Assembly: GCF_004010195.1 (NCBI RefSeq)
Contig: NC_057720.1
Location: 25,356,111-25,401,867, forward strand
Direction: 5' to 3'
Origin: Chiloscyllium plagiosum
Taxonomy: Eukaryota
Length of the DNA stretch: 45,757 nucleotides
The position numbers and the translations under genes were made by a program. Numbering within the stretch: position 1 is the first letter of the stretch; every line of letters begins with the position of its first letter. This document shows, piece by piece, positions 1-12,067 of this stretch. The notes under the pieces were generated by a model. The model did not search any database. It was not told the origin of the DNA and worked only from the letters and a program-made list of their open reading frames with translations.

Positions 1-1099
1 GAATAGGTATTCCAGGGACACTGGCATAGAGAATGCCTGCAATGGGACAGGGCATCTGTCCTGAACCGTAATGCTAAACTGAAACACATTTTTGTTTTTT
101 GCTTTTTCTTTTTTGTGTAGCCTTCACCAGTTGTTTTAAAGACCACTTTTTAGTTTACTAAAGATCTGATTGGTGGAGCGTATATGGTGTTACACCCATA
201 CGTACCTGAATTCTGTACATATAATTCATACACTGAGGTAAAACTGGTTTTTGTACTGAAGAAGCTCAAGTTCTCAAACCCCCTACTGAGTGTCCATTTT
301 CTACCTAGCTTCCAGTAGTCTTCAGGAGAACAGAGATTCCATCTTGTATAAATGCCTTACACAGTTCAGTTAGGAGTTGTTCTACTCTCAGGAATATTAA
401 ATGCAAAGTTGCGTCTCTATCCGCAGTTTGAATGTTCATCATATCTAGAACAGTCCGATGCAGTAAACTTGCATTGCAGCATATAAATTAACAATCAAAG
501 TCTCCAAAAATCCTTCCAAAAGCAAATCTTGAATTATGTTGAGTTTAAAGACTAGCTGCTATTTTGAAATGGGAAAAAAATGAAGAATACTAGCAGGTCA
601 TATTAAATTATTAGATTATTAAACAACATATTTGTACAAAGACTCCTTTAATCATAATCAGAACATTCTTAAAAATAAATGAAATTTATTGTCTTTGTTA
701 TTCAACACACAGTTCATTGTGTTCATTTTGAGTCAGTTTACTAGTGGTACCATTGTAAGGTTCCCACACCAGATCAGATCCAGCACTTTATTCAGAATTG
801 CCCCTCTGCAATAAATCATCTTCCTCTCCATCCATTGAATTGGCTATTCTGTACTCTTTGAAAGCTGGGATGATGCTTGTTACACAAATAGCAGCCCACA
901 ATACATAACTGAATCAGAGAAAACATTTTGTGGGGAACATACACAATTCTGCTCCTTGTGAAGATTTTCTTTTTCTCTGTCAACTAACCATCTATTCCAT
1001 TCGGTTTGTGAACATGATCATGGAATGACTTATTGAGGCACACATCCAGATGATTTTTCTTTTCACAAGCATGAATTAATCAACTGCACCGAAATACCA

Positions 1100-1455
1100 C
1101 ATATCAGATTCTTAGATGATTTGACAGGATAGATGCAGAGAGATTGTGGAAGACTCTAGGGCCAGAGGGCATAATCTCAGAATAAGGGGTTGTACATTTA
1201 AGGCACAGATGAGGAGGAATATTTTCTCCCAGAGAGTTGTGAATCTGTGGAATTCTTTACTACAGAGGGCTGTTGAGGCTGGGTCATTAGATCAATCAGC
1301 CCATTGAATAGTGAAGGCTGAGATGGACAGATTATAATCAGTATGGGCTAAGGTTTCTGGGGAACAGGCAGGAAAATGAAATTGGAGTTTATCAGCCATG
1401 ATTTCATTGAATGGCAAAGCAGACTCCTGGACTGTCTTGGCCTACTTCTGTGCCA
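1100..1455 (+). mobile_element. CR1 LINE 3' end fragment
   Basis: Decayed RT C-terminal segment (RGHNLRIRG..FKAQMRRNIFSQRVVNLWNSL) followed by CR1 3' UTR motifs (atcagccatgat..ttgaatgg..ggcctacttctg). Confidence 0.85.
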
Positions 1456-1515
1456 ACCTTAAATACATCAACAAATACTTATCAAAGTCGCTTTTTAAAA
1501 AGTAATGTTTTAAGA

Positions 1516-2541
1516 TGTTGCGCAATATTGTGGCAAGTTTTGCTTTCTGTGATCTGTAAATAAATTTTGAGTGAAAGTTCAAAAGAAAGGAAAGCATTTC
1601 TCAAAAACAGGCACAGTTTGTGCCTTTTTCACAAAATGAGTTCAAAGCAGTAACTCTGACCCAAAGTGGTTGTCACTAAAAAGAAAGAGAAAAAATAATT
1701 AAAGGGAAAGAAAGTAAATATGAAATAGCAACCAACTGTACAGTACCAAAATAGCATTCACATTAGGCAACTTGTAAAAAGAAACCACAGCAAAATGAAA
1801 CACTATACTGTGAAATAAACCCCAACTCTGCCAGTCTATAAGAGATATAGTGAACAACACAAAGGGAAGGCCAAGGAATGGGAGATTACAAAGTTGGAGA
1901 ATGTAAGAGAAGACATTCGTGAGAGCCAAGATCAATATCAGGGACAGAAAAGGCATGAATAGGCACATGAATCCTTTACACAGATTTTAGAATTATTTTT
2001 AATTTCTGAGGCTAAAAAAATCTAGAGTAAGATTTACAAAAGAAATTCAACTTTCAACACAAGTCAGCTGTTGAACCTTCTCTTTATTTCTTCCTCTGCA
2101 GATTTTCCATTGTTGTCTTTTCAAGGTTCTGCTGCTCAAATATCTTATAGACAGGTACCTTTCAGAGAGCTGTTCTGCTGGCAGTCTGCACTTGTTGGCG
2201 GCTTGGCAGTTCTCTCTCTAGCTGTTCAAAATGTCCAGTTTTATACCCCAAAATATCGGATCATGGGCTGAAGGGCTTGTTTCCACACTGTAAGTAATCT
2301 AATCTAATCTAATTTCATTGGTTTTAATATTATCAAAATACTATATTTAAATTTGATTGGATTCTGGTATCTTGGGGCATAATTTAAATGGATTGGCCGA
2401 ATTTGAATTTTGTTTTGTTTCATGGCAACCCAGATGTTGCTAGCTGTTTTGACCAAGTGTTACATTGTTACCTTGTTCTGGAATCTCTGTGCTTTGTTCT
2501 TGCTAGCTTTTCAATTCTCTTAAAGGTATAATATCGCTACA
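1516..2541 (-). mobile_element. Probable solo LTR
   Basis: Imperfect inverted termini tgttgcg...cgctaca (TG..CA). On the minus strand: a TATA box (ggggtataaaa, ~2239-2249) and CCAAT boxes (~2316, 2356, 2392). The end resembles that of the element at 33647-34307. No TSD found; left boundary uncertain. Confidence 0.45.
2263..2312 (+). mobile_element. 3' tail of a V-SINE/CR1 inserted in the LTR
   Basis: gggctgaagggcttgtttccacactgtaag(taatc)n, the same tail as the SINE at 17085-17404. Confidence 0.8.
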
Positions 2542-2647
2542 CTTCATAGCATTATATACGTACACAGTCACTGAATCAATTTGATCCCATACAGTAACAT
2601 ATGAAGAAGCAAGCAAACACTGAATAAACCTCAATAAAATTCAGAAA

Positions 2648-2854
2648 CAAAAGCAGAAATTGCTGGAAAAGCTCAGTAGGTATGGCATCACCTATGGAGA
2701 GAAATTAAAGTTAATGTTTTGGGTTGAGTGACCCTTCCTTAGAACTCCTGAAGAACGTTCTGAGGAAAGGTCATTCAACCTGAAACATTAACTCTGATTT
2801 CACTCCACAGATGCTGCCAGACCTGCTGAGTTTTTCCAGCAACTTCTGTTTTTG
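2648..2854. mobile_element. Penelope-derived palindromic (hairpin) element with two hammerhead motifs
   Basis: Arms ~2648-2745 and ~2757-2854 are imperfect reverse complements. Contains gatgctgccagacctgctgag, and each arm has a CTGAGGA..GAAAC-type motif. Confidence 0.8.
2757..2792 (+). ncRNA. Minimal type I hammerhead ribozyme motif (core intact)
   Basis: GTT-CTGAGGA-A-[AGGT/cattca/ACCT]-GAAA-CA-TT-AAC. Stem I GTT/AAC, 4-bp stem II. Confidence 0.55.
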
Positions 2855-2904
2855 AAGCAAACTTTGGAGTTTGACTGTGTTTAACAAACAAACCAAAGGC
2901 ATCT

Positions 2905-3270
2905 CTTATTTGTACAGCACTATATTTGCATGCATTTGAGGCACTGGGAATGACTTAACTGACCCCCATTTAACTTTGGCTGAAGGATCTTAGATGGTGC
3001 TCTTTCCCCACTGCACTTTGGCAGCAGCTGCCCCAAGCTTTAGTGCGTTCCTCAGCACATAGTCCTGGACTTCAGAATGTGTCAGTCTGTATCAATCGTC
3101 AAAGTCAACTCCTTGCTCTGGAAGACCAATAGGTTTCAGGCAGACCAAAAAGCATCTTTCACCAGGTTGATAGTCTTACACATGCCGTTGATATTTGTCT
3201 TGGTGTCTATCCCTGGGAACAGATTGTAAAGCACAGAATCCTGCATCATGGAGCTACTTGGGATAAAATT
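2905..3270 (-). mobile_element. Tx1/L1-clade LINE ORF2 C-terminus and 3' end
   Basis: Minus strand reads FIPSSS..QDSVLYNLFPG..TINLVKDAFWSA*NLLVFQ..HSEVQDYVLRNALKLGAAAAKVQWGK, typical of Tx1 ORF2 ends. Confidence 0.75.
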
Positions 3271-4075
3271 TAACGTATGTTAGAGGCATATTGGCAGACA
3301 GAAAGATTAGAAAGAGGGAGAAAACTGATATCAAATCAGTAAGTACTGGAAAACATTCATTAGGTCAGTCATAGAAAGAAAGATAGAGTTAAAAGGTTAA
3401 TGATCTTCTAGCAGAGGAAGAGAGCTCTGGAGTTCTACTGAAAAACAGAATAATAGCAACTAATGAGAGATAGAAGTGAAAATGATCACAACTGAGACTT
3501 GAGGAGGTGCCACGAACCTTGCAGAAGTACAGGTTAAGATGAGATAAATTGATGTACGTGGGTGTTGCAGTGCAGACGATCCATAATTTAATTACATGTT
3601 AGAACAGGCTTATTGGATTTAATGGCCTGTTCTAGTTCCTTGCTCTTCTGTCTGCTATGTATGTCTTCAAGAGTGTGACAAGTTGCAAATTTTTAGATTG
3701 TACATTTCTGTTATTCATGACTGATATAAGGAGATGCAAATAATTTGAATAAGGGATGATCTGGGATATGCGATCAATTCCATTTTGTTCTGAAGACATA
3801 TCCTTAAAATTTTGGAAACATTCAGCAGGCTCTGGCTGTCAAAGAAACCCAAAGGCAAAATGCTACAGCCTGAATATCAGCCCGAGCCTATCGGATTGTC
3901 ACACCACAGAATGTGGCTGATTCTAGAATTCTCCAATTGAATTAACCTGTGACATTTGAAAAAAAAAGTAATGAAACTTCAAAAGCTTAGCTATAAAACT
4001 GAGATGGAAAAAGAAGACATGGTTATAAAAAGACAGTTTTGTAACCCCAGCCTACAGGAACACGTAGTATCAGAG

Positions 4076-4308
4076 TATGTGATTGGAATGCGGCCAGCCA
4101 GGTGGACCTTATAGAATATGAGTTCCCTGATAAGGGCTGTTCACCTGGTCCCATCAGGAGTTCTGGCTGACAGATATAAACAGGAGTGTCAGGGGATCTG
4201 TTCTGTCTAGGAGTGGGCTGTAAACTGCTGGGTCAGTGTCATGTGCAATGCATGTGTAAATAAAGGATTACTTAGTGATGGGATACCGGCCTTCATGCAG
4301 TTATTTCA
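4076..4308 (+). repeat. Gypsy 5' LTR
   Basis: gtgattggaatg...gacagatataaa...aataaa...ttatttca; direct repeat of 5830-6065. Confidence 0.88.
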
Positions 4309-4389
4309 GGGGCGATGAGAGAAAAGCACACCTCTGTAGACATTCACTCGCAATAGTTATCTTTGAGTTGGGTAAGCATTTCTGGCATC

Positions 4390-5775
4390 ATGTCGCTTTT
4401 TGGGAAGCTCGACTCATTGATCCTGCCATCAAAGACTGGGCTCAGTATGCGGAAGGCACAGGTAATTCTCTGAACAGCTTGTGGAGCCACCGCTTTTTCA
4501 ATTATTAGACGCCTAACTTTCCTTGAGGCACCAGATACTAAAGATTTGACGAGTTGGTGGATTTAGCTAAGGAATATGAAGACCCCAAGCTTCCTGTAAT
4601 TCAGAGATGTTATCGGTTTTACTCAGCAGTTTGAGAACCAGGGAATCCATTTCTGGATTTTTTGACAACTTAAGGTAACTGGCAGAGGCATGTGATTTTG
4701 GTTTAATCCTAACTGAGATGCTTAGACACCATTTGGTGTGTAGGATTAACAATGTGGCTATGCAAATGCGCCTATTGACTGAAGCTTAACTGGTCTTCAA
4801 ACAGGCACTGCAACTGACTTTGCGGCAGTTGTGGAAAATGTGGCAAATGGAGCTTCTGAGTTACAGGCTATTCCAAGTGGACATGCTCACCAGACTGACT
4901 GAGCTTGGGAAGCATCACTCAAATGAAGGCAATTGCATCGCCTCACTCAGGACATATCCTGAATAGAAGGCCTCTAGATCAGCCCACAGCAAACCCCAAA
5001 ACAAAGCCAAGCCTTAGCTAAATACTTAAAATTTTGCCGAGGTTCTGGACAGATATGCCCTTGTAGCTACTCCTGGTATGTGGACTCAAGACAACTAAAG
5101 AGTCCCACTGGGTCTGCACTGAGTAAGAGAACTCATAGACCAGTATCCAGGAGAATGCACAGCCTGGAAAGTCCAGGAGAATGCACACCCTGGAAAGTCC
5201 ACCTCCAGGTGGTTTGGAGCAGTTAAATACTTAGTAACATTGAATCAGAACTAAATAAAATAAATGTCTGGTTAAATGGTAACCCAATTCTGATGGAGGT
5301 TGATACCGGTGTGGTTGTATCAGTGATTGTGGAGCCAGTTTTCACTAAAATTCGCTCTGGGCTCTAACACTTCAGTTTGCTTCAGACATCAGTCAGGCTT
5401 AGACCCTATACTGGGGAACCTCAACAGATTAAGGGAACAGCTTCAGTTCCAGTCTCTTATGAGAAGCAGCTGGTTCAGTTACCACTGATTGTAGTAAAAA
5501 CCCTGGGCCTGAGCTTGATGGGGCAAAATTGATTGAGAAAGATTCAACTTGATTGGCTCAACATTTTTTGATTAGAAAATGGCTGCCTGAATGAAGTCCT
5601 GATTAAATTCCCAGAGGTTTTTCAGGAAGGTCTAGGGACTATCAAAGGAGCCAAGGCCACCTTACATGTAAACCAAGAAGCAACTCCATGATTCTGTAAG
5701 GCCACCAAGTGCCTCTGCAAAAGTAGAGGCAGAAATTAGGAAGATAGAGAGTGAAGGAATCACCAAACTGGTACG
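4390..5775 (+). pseudogene. Decayed Gypsy gag-protease (start of pol)
   Basis: MSLFGKLDS..DWAQYAE; LAEACDFG..EMLRHHLVCRIN..MQMRLLTEA; aspartic protease MEVDTG (DTG at 5302-5310); LRPYTGE; FPEVFQEGLG; KVEAEIRKIESEGI. Contains stops and frameshifts. Confidence 0.85.
5146..5197 (+). repeat. 26-bp tandem duplication inside the Gypsy element
   Basis: tccaggagaatgcaca(g/c)cctggaaag present twice. Confidence 0.9.
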
Positions 5776-5829
5776 AGAAGCTACAGGAAGAAGATTGGAC
5801 CTATGTCTGAGGACTTGGAAGATGAGGGA

Positions 5830-6065
5830 TGTAGTGATTGGAATGAAGCCAGCCTGATGGACCTCATAGAATATGAGTTTCCTGATTGAGGCTGTTAAAC
5901 TGGTCCAATCAGGGAATCCTGGCTGACAGATATAAATAGGTGTGTCAGAGGTTCTGTTCACTCTTGGAGCTGGTTCTGAGCTGGCTGGGTCAGTATCATG
6001 TACTATGGACATGTAAATAAAAGATGACTTGGTGACGGAATACCAGCCTTTGTGGAGATGTTTCA
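5830..6065 (+). repeat. Gypsy 3' LTR
   Basis: tgtagtgattgg...tgtttca, with TG..CA termini and an upstream polypurine tract. Confidence 0.9.
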
Positions 6066-7389
6066 TGGAGAAGCAGAAATAGTAGCAAACCAGGGATCTG
6101 AGAAGATTTACTATGTGAAAATGCTGCTAATCAAAATAACTGAACTAACAAGTGGGAAGATTGATATAACTGTATTACATCACATATTTTTGTATTATAA
6201 ATGCTAACATCAAAGAAACGTCTGACATTAATCCTTCTGTCAACGTATTTGCACACATTACAGTGTTAATGCCTGGTATACATCTTGAAGAGGTAAAGGA
6301 TTTTCTTAAAACAAATCTCTGGTAAGGTAGAGGAAGTTTGATTTGTGGGGCAGAGTGGATGTGCTGAAAATTACTCTTATCACTGCGAACTTGATCTGAC
6401 AGTGACTTCAACTGCTTGAAAGATTGAATCTCATTTGCGTTAAAAAATGAAATTTATTATGAGCCTTTGGACGGTATACTCGTTGTAGCTTGTCTTGCTG
6501 GATTATAGCCTATCTTGTGTTTATTTTCATGTCATGCACTACTGGATTTTGCTGACAATCTTTTTCCCATTTATTGGATCTATTTAAATGTTTGTTGTGA
6601 CCTTTGTTATTTGTTTTGCACCTCCAGGCTTCCCATAAGTGAGTAATGTTCTGGCAATTGGGAAAACTGCAAAGAACCTTTAGCTTCTGTGCCTCCCCCA
6701 AACTTTACAGTATTCACTGAATCAAAAGGACATTGAGCTAAATGTAAATAAAGCTGACAATGTACTGCTCACTGCTGTACCACTGTTATTTTGAAACTCA
6801 AACTATTAAAAACAAGCCAAAACAATAATACTGCTAGGCTGAATATTAACCCTCTCTCTACAGATGTTGCTGAGTGTTTGCAGCATTTTATGTTTTTATA
6901 ATAATGAAGGATGTGTCTTCAGAACAGATGGAATCGATAAAATATCCTGCAGAAAGGATTAACAGCACTTTGCACATTCATTGAGAGTCAAAATGTTGAG
7001 AAGCTTGAGGTTTACAGCCCAGAGGGAATGCAGTTGAACAGGATTACATCATGTTTAATGAAATACTAAATGGCGTCAATAAGGTAAACTTAGATGACAA
7101 CCTCAAAGTCCAGAAAATAGAAGCAGGGGTCATGGAGGGAAATTAATGCCAGGTATACTTAAGTTATATAGCAGAAAGAACTTAGCACTGGATGATAAAT
7201 GTTTGGAAAAAGCTGCCAAACTGGGCAAAAGAATTCTCAATAGTTGGATTAAATGATGTGGGGATAATGAGTTTGAAATCTCCTTTTTGCTTTTGATTTG
7301 GTACAAGCAGAGCAGTCTTTCTTTCCTCCTTGCATTATATCAGTTTTTTTTGTGCCAGGCTTTGTGTAATGTTGGTTGTTGTGGCTCTA

Positions 7390-7795
7390 CAGAAAGATTT
7401 GTATTTATATAGCACTTTTATTAAGATTAGGTTAGATTACTTACAGTGTGGAAACAGGCCCTTTGGCCCAACAAGTCCACACCGACCCACAACCCACTCC
7501 CCTATATTTTCCCCTTCAACTAACACTACAGGCAATTTAGCATGGCCAAGTCACCTAACCAGCACGTTTATTTTTGGATTGTGGGAAGAAACCAGCTTCT
7601 CCAAACCGAGGGCATCTCAAATCACTTTACAGCCAATGAAATACTTTAAACCATAGTCTTTCTTGCTACGAAGGAATTTCAGTGGCTGATTTTATAAATT
7701 GCAAATGCCCACCCTCATCAATGTGCTAATGATCACATAAACCGTTTTATTCCAACATTGATTGAGCGAAAACTGTTGGTCTTGACACGAGGGGT
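7390..7795 (-). mobile_element. Deu-SINE (SacSINE/AmnSINE-like) relic, interrupted by a V-SINE
   Basis: ttgtatttatatagcacttt, ctttacagccaatgaaatacttt and ttgattgagcg..ttggtcttgacac match my recollection of the reverse Deu-SINE consensus. Confidence 0.6.
7423..7595 (-). mobile_element. V-SINE (HE1-like), 5'-truncated
   Basis: (gatta)n tail, cagtgtggaaacaggccc, ggcaatttagcatggcc. Confidence 0.85.
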
Positions 7796-7864
7796 TGAAA
7801 AATCCTGAGAATGTAAACAATGCCCACCTCACCACATTCTTGACCTTTCCCTATCATTGTTCAG

Positions 7865-8006
7865 GATTAGTGGTGTTGGAAAAGCACAGCAGTTCAGACA
7901 GCATCCAAGGAGCAGTACTGCTCCTTGGATGCTCTCTGAACTGCTGTGCTTTTCCAGCACCATTAAGCCAGAATCTGGTTTCCAGCATCTGCAGTAATTG
8001 TTTTTA
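7865..8006 (+). mobile_element. Penelope 3' fragment with fold-back inversion and 15-bp TSD
   Basis: Palindrome 7867-7916/7917-7966; TSD cctatcattgttcag at 7850-7864 and 8007-8021. Confidence 0.85.
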
Positions 8007-9304
8007 CCTATCATTGTTCAGCAAGCCTTGCTGTAGCAGGGGGTTCCTGTCTAGATATATACCACACAGATAAACAAACCCTCCTTTGCTGATAGATTAC
8101 TGCAGGGCTCCGTATCTAATTGAAGTGACAGTGGGATTGAGCAGGTTGCAGGTTGAACAGACGATGAGACTTATTGAGGTTGTCAGTCAACTCCTCTACA
8201 GGGACCAGAACTGTCAAAAAGACTTGCTAGAATATTCAAAGAATGTTGATTTGATGTGTGTTTTGCTGTTAGCGGAACCAATCATACAAAGCTCTGCATA
8301 AACTCCCTTAGATGCTCTAAGATTGCATCCAGGGGTTAAAAAACTGCCAGTAGAGTTAAACTGAGCTGTATGTTCCTCTGGGGGAAAAGTGGTATTAGCT
8401 TACCTGAATTTCAGAATTTCTTGCACTGAAGCATTAGCGTAGCCTGTAGATGTGTTGAAGCTGAAATCCCGATGGCATTACTGCATTGGAGTAGTTTAAT
8501 AAAATATCAATGAGACGTGACCAGTAACCCTTTGAGGATGACAATAAGCCTCCCTCTATTTGTACTCCAACATGTATCCTGCACTGAATCTATATTGGGA
8601 ATTCCACTTCTCAGTGACCCTCCACCAATTCTGAGTATATATCAAACATTCCTTCAGGTTAAACTGCTGCCATGACAGATTAAGAAGAAAATTTACATTT
8701 CTGCTCATTATAGCTTGGCTCTGACAAGCTCCTTGTAAAATTGCACTCAATATTTCTCACTGGATTAGTAATATATATCAGGAGTTGTCTTCGTAGAATA
8801 AATCTTTGAATAAAATGTGGATAACATGTCATAGAGCAAAGTCTTATTTTATATGCAAGGGGATTATAGTTTTCCCAGATTTACTCATTGGTGATATTAG
8901 CTGAAGTTGCCTAAAGAGGGTGCTGTTTTACTTTATCAATAGCAGCACCAAATAAATGCAGTCACCAGCACTGCAGTAAGATTTACCGTCAACATCTCCG
9001 CAGACACTTGACTTAGAAATACCTTGTAAGAGGAATATGTGAAAGATCTGGAAGATTAACATACGTAGGAATAAAAATATCACAGCAAAACAGGGGGCAA
9101 TGACGAATAAGCTGAAAGCATTTGATTTTCACTTATTAACTAATATCGTTAACAATTTTGATCAGCCATGATTATATTGAATGGGTGGCTAGACTCAACA
9201 GATTACTCTGTTCCTCGGTTTCTAATTCTGAAGTAGAGAAGGAATGGAGACAGTCTCACCACCCTCAGGTTCAGTCAGTGTAAATAGTTTGTTAGAACAT
9301 TATT

Positions 9305-9850
9305 ACTTTTTTCCAAAAAAATACTCTATCAAATTTGAACAGGTATGATATATAATAGTTCAAATTTGAGATTCCATAAATTGCAATATAGTTCATTTAC
9401 TTTCAATGTACAGCATGCAATGCCCTGAGGTGGTTACCACACTTACTATAACAGGTTGTATTTGCAATGTATTTTAATGTTCCAGACATTCTCTGCTGCA
9501 AAGATGGGTGCCAGTCCTTGGTGTGCAATGATGGAACAGCCTTCGACACAAAGTTTTCACCACTGAACCTGCCTCAGTGGTTTAATGCATCCTTTGGTAA
9601 GTAGTCATGAACCTCGGAGTGTGTCCATCTGCAACACTTGATTATGGGGCTTTTGCCCAAAACGTTGATTTTCCTGCTCCTTGGATGCTGCCTGACCTGC
9701 TGTGCTTTTCCACCACGACTCTAACCTTAACACTTGGTTGAAGGCAGCTCTTACACTGGAATGCCATCATATTTTAGCCACTTGAGTTAATGGTCCTTCA
9801 AAAATAGTTGTTTGCCTTGATGCACATCTTTTGGAAAAGTCTATCATGCA
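9305..9850 (-). mobile_element. Old Tx1-like LINE 3' fragment
   Basis: Similar to 2905-3270 (gtagtcatgaacctcggagtgtg..; T-rich reverse-complemented tail near 9305). Confidence 0.6.
9644..9728 (+). mobile_element. Penelope 3' fragment inside the Tx1 relic
   Basis: gggcttttgcccaaaacgttgattttcctgctcc..gatgctgcctgacctgctg; TSD aacacttg(a/g)tt at 9633-9643 and 9729-9739. Confidence 0.8.
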
Positions 9851-10889
9851 GAGAGCATTGGATTTATCTGAATCATTGCTATGTAATACGTGCTCCAAAA
9901 ATTGTGCTATGGAATGAGTCTGCAGCGAGAATTTCCAAGATTAGTCTTCCCAATTTAATCTAACACCTCTAAGTGGATGACTGTAGTGAAGAAAGCAAAA
10001 AAACAGGCCTGACGATGATGTTGTGTAGAGGGAGCTGAAGAAGCAAAGGGAGGACATTGAGATTATACAATTTATTAAATTTACCTCATTCTATTCCAGA
10101 TAGTAGCTCACTTGGCAAATGGATCACCCACCTTAAAATATTCCAGGTTCAGTGATTGGTTAGCTGGCCTCATTTAGAGTAACATTAGATTGCAATTGGT
10201 CTTAACACTCCAATGGGCTGGGAAGAGGACAAGTCAGTCAAGATTCTTGAGCTGATTGCCATCTGGTGATTTCTTTTGGTTTCCGGATGAGGACAGGATT
10301 GGGTGTATTAAATAACATGCTTGCCTTTAATGTTCAGTCTCATACTTTTGTAAGATAGAGAAGGGTAAGTGGCAGTTGAAGAATTGTTATTCAGCAGCTG
10401 TTCATGTGAAAGAGGAAAAAAATGAGAAAGAAAAATAGAACAAAAATTGAATGACCTACCCAAAATAAATCAATCTACGAGCCACAATATTTACGTGCAA
10501 TATTAGATGTTGCACTTCTATAATCGGAGTAAACCTGTCAGCCAAATCCAATTATTAGAATGCATGGTTCTTTTATACCATTGCGTTAAAACTGTTCTAG
10601 AACTCCAAATTCCCCAGATTTGGTTGGTAGGCCAGAAATACCTTTTCCATGTTGATAATGGATTCAGTTTGCTCTATTTCGCAAACATCCTGTGGTCACG
10701 ATTCCACAGCAGTTTCCACTTCACTAAGACCATCTTGAGCTTTCTCTTCCTTAGTCAGAGATAATAGGAAACTGTCTTATTTTCATGGCTGACATTGATG
10801 GTTGAACTGTTAGATGCTGTCATTGAAGCAGCCTACTTTTTTTAAAGAAAGCAACTTCCATGTAAGAAATCCTTAAAATCTATTCTTTC

Positions 10890-10992
10890 CACAATCCTGA
10901 TGAAGGGTCATCGATCTGAAATGTTTACTTTGATTGTCTCCATAGCTGCCTAATGACCTGTTGAGTATTTCCAGCATTTTCGACTTTTGTAT
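10890..10992 (+). mobile_element. Penelope fragment with hammerhead core
   Basis: CTGATGA (10897)-A-GGGTC-atc-GATCT-GAAA-TG-TT, then gacctgttgagtatttccagcatttt. Confidence 0.7.
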
Positions 10993-12067
10993 CTAAAGTC
11001 TTCTAGCTTCCTTTAAATGAGTTGTAACCTTTCATATCAGCCCTCAGGAGGATCTGAACAACCTATTTGAAATCCTGATATTATGTCAACACCCTTCCAC
11101 CTCCCCCCCCCCATCAGTACAAAGAGACCATGATTATTGCCCTTTTCACACTAGCAGCCTCTGTTGACTACATCTACAGATTGGTCTGACTGGGAATGTC
11201 CAATATAATTCCTGCTTGACTCAGCATTGTCCAGGATCGTACAATTGCTCATCTCAATTCATTCATTCACAGGGAGAGTGTACTGTAGTGACACTGATTG
11301 CTCACAAGAGGTCTTAGACTTCGAATAACATACACTGCACAAAAGATGGAACCAGTGCCAGAATCCTCAGCTGGGATTCACACGATAACATCCATCTTCA
11401 TAGCCCTGAACCAACATGCCAGAATCGGAGCTTTCATATTTTTCTAATACTTAATCTCCTGTGGCTAATTAAATTGAAAGATTTTCCTACAGTTCATAGT
11501 ACCTGCTGGAAATCTTCAATATATTATTGTAACCTTTTTTATTGGTGGCATCAGCTGATTATCAAATGTTCTGTGGGTGCTATTTAGTTACTTTGGAATG
11601 CCAGAAGCAGATCAATTTTTAAAATGCCTAATTTTTTTTTTTACAGATGTTAAAAATCCTAAATATTCACCCACTGTTTAGAGAGCTCTGAAAGAATGAG
11701 CTGCTCTTATCTATTTGTTCATTTTTTGACACTGTGCATGAAATAGTCAACTGCCTCTTTGTACCAGCTGCCTCACTGTACAATAATATTTAAGCTGCAT
11801 AAGTATTCGTGTGAGGTTTTGTAGTTGTGTTTCTGTCTCTGAGGCAGAAGATACACTCTAGCACTTGGGAAAGGTGCAAACAGAATAGCCAACCAGGCTG
11901 AGTATCACCTTGTAAATCCTTCCCGTCCAGGTCAATGATAAGCATTCAGAGCAGGAGATATTCCTGGCCATCCATGTGATGGAAGAAACTGGAGCCCCTA
12001 TCCATAATGCCAGGACTGCAACACAAATGTAAACATGTATATTGTCACACCAACCTGGATACTTTGG

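Larger units (their letters stand above)
4076..6065 (+). mobile_element. Internally deleted Ty3/Gypsy LTR retrotransposon
   Basis: Two homologous ~235-bp LTRs; PBS-like gggcgatgag after the 5' LTR; PPT ggaagatgaggga before the 3' LTR; decayed gag and protease. RT, RNase H and integrase are missing. Confidence 0.9.

Noticed and set aside
1699..1968. Hydrophobic 89-aa ORF as a membrane protein
   Set aside because: It is a T-rich strand of a probable LTR; base composition explains the hydrophobicity.
3700..3960. Exon-like open frames
   Set aside because: Stops occur in all frames, and the minus strand resembles the old LINE remnant at ~6910.
6264..6321. Candidate exon LMPGIHLEEVKDFLKTNL
   Set aside because: Weak pyrimidine tract, no recognisable homology, and it cannot be convincingly chained to other exons.
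8398..8480. Minus-strand donor CAG/gtaagc with a possible exon
   Set aside because: Several weak acceptors and an unrecognised peptide; unsupported.
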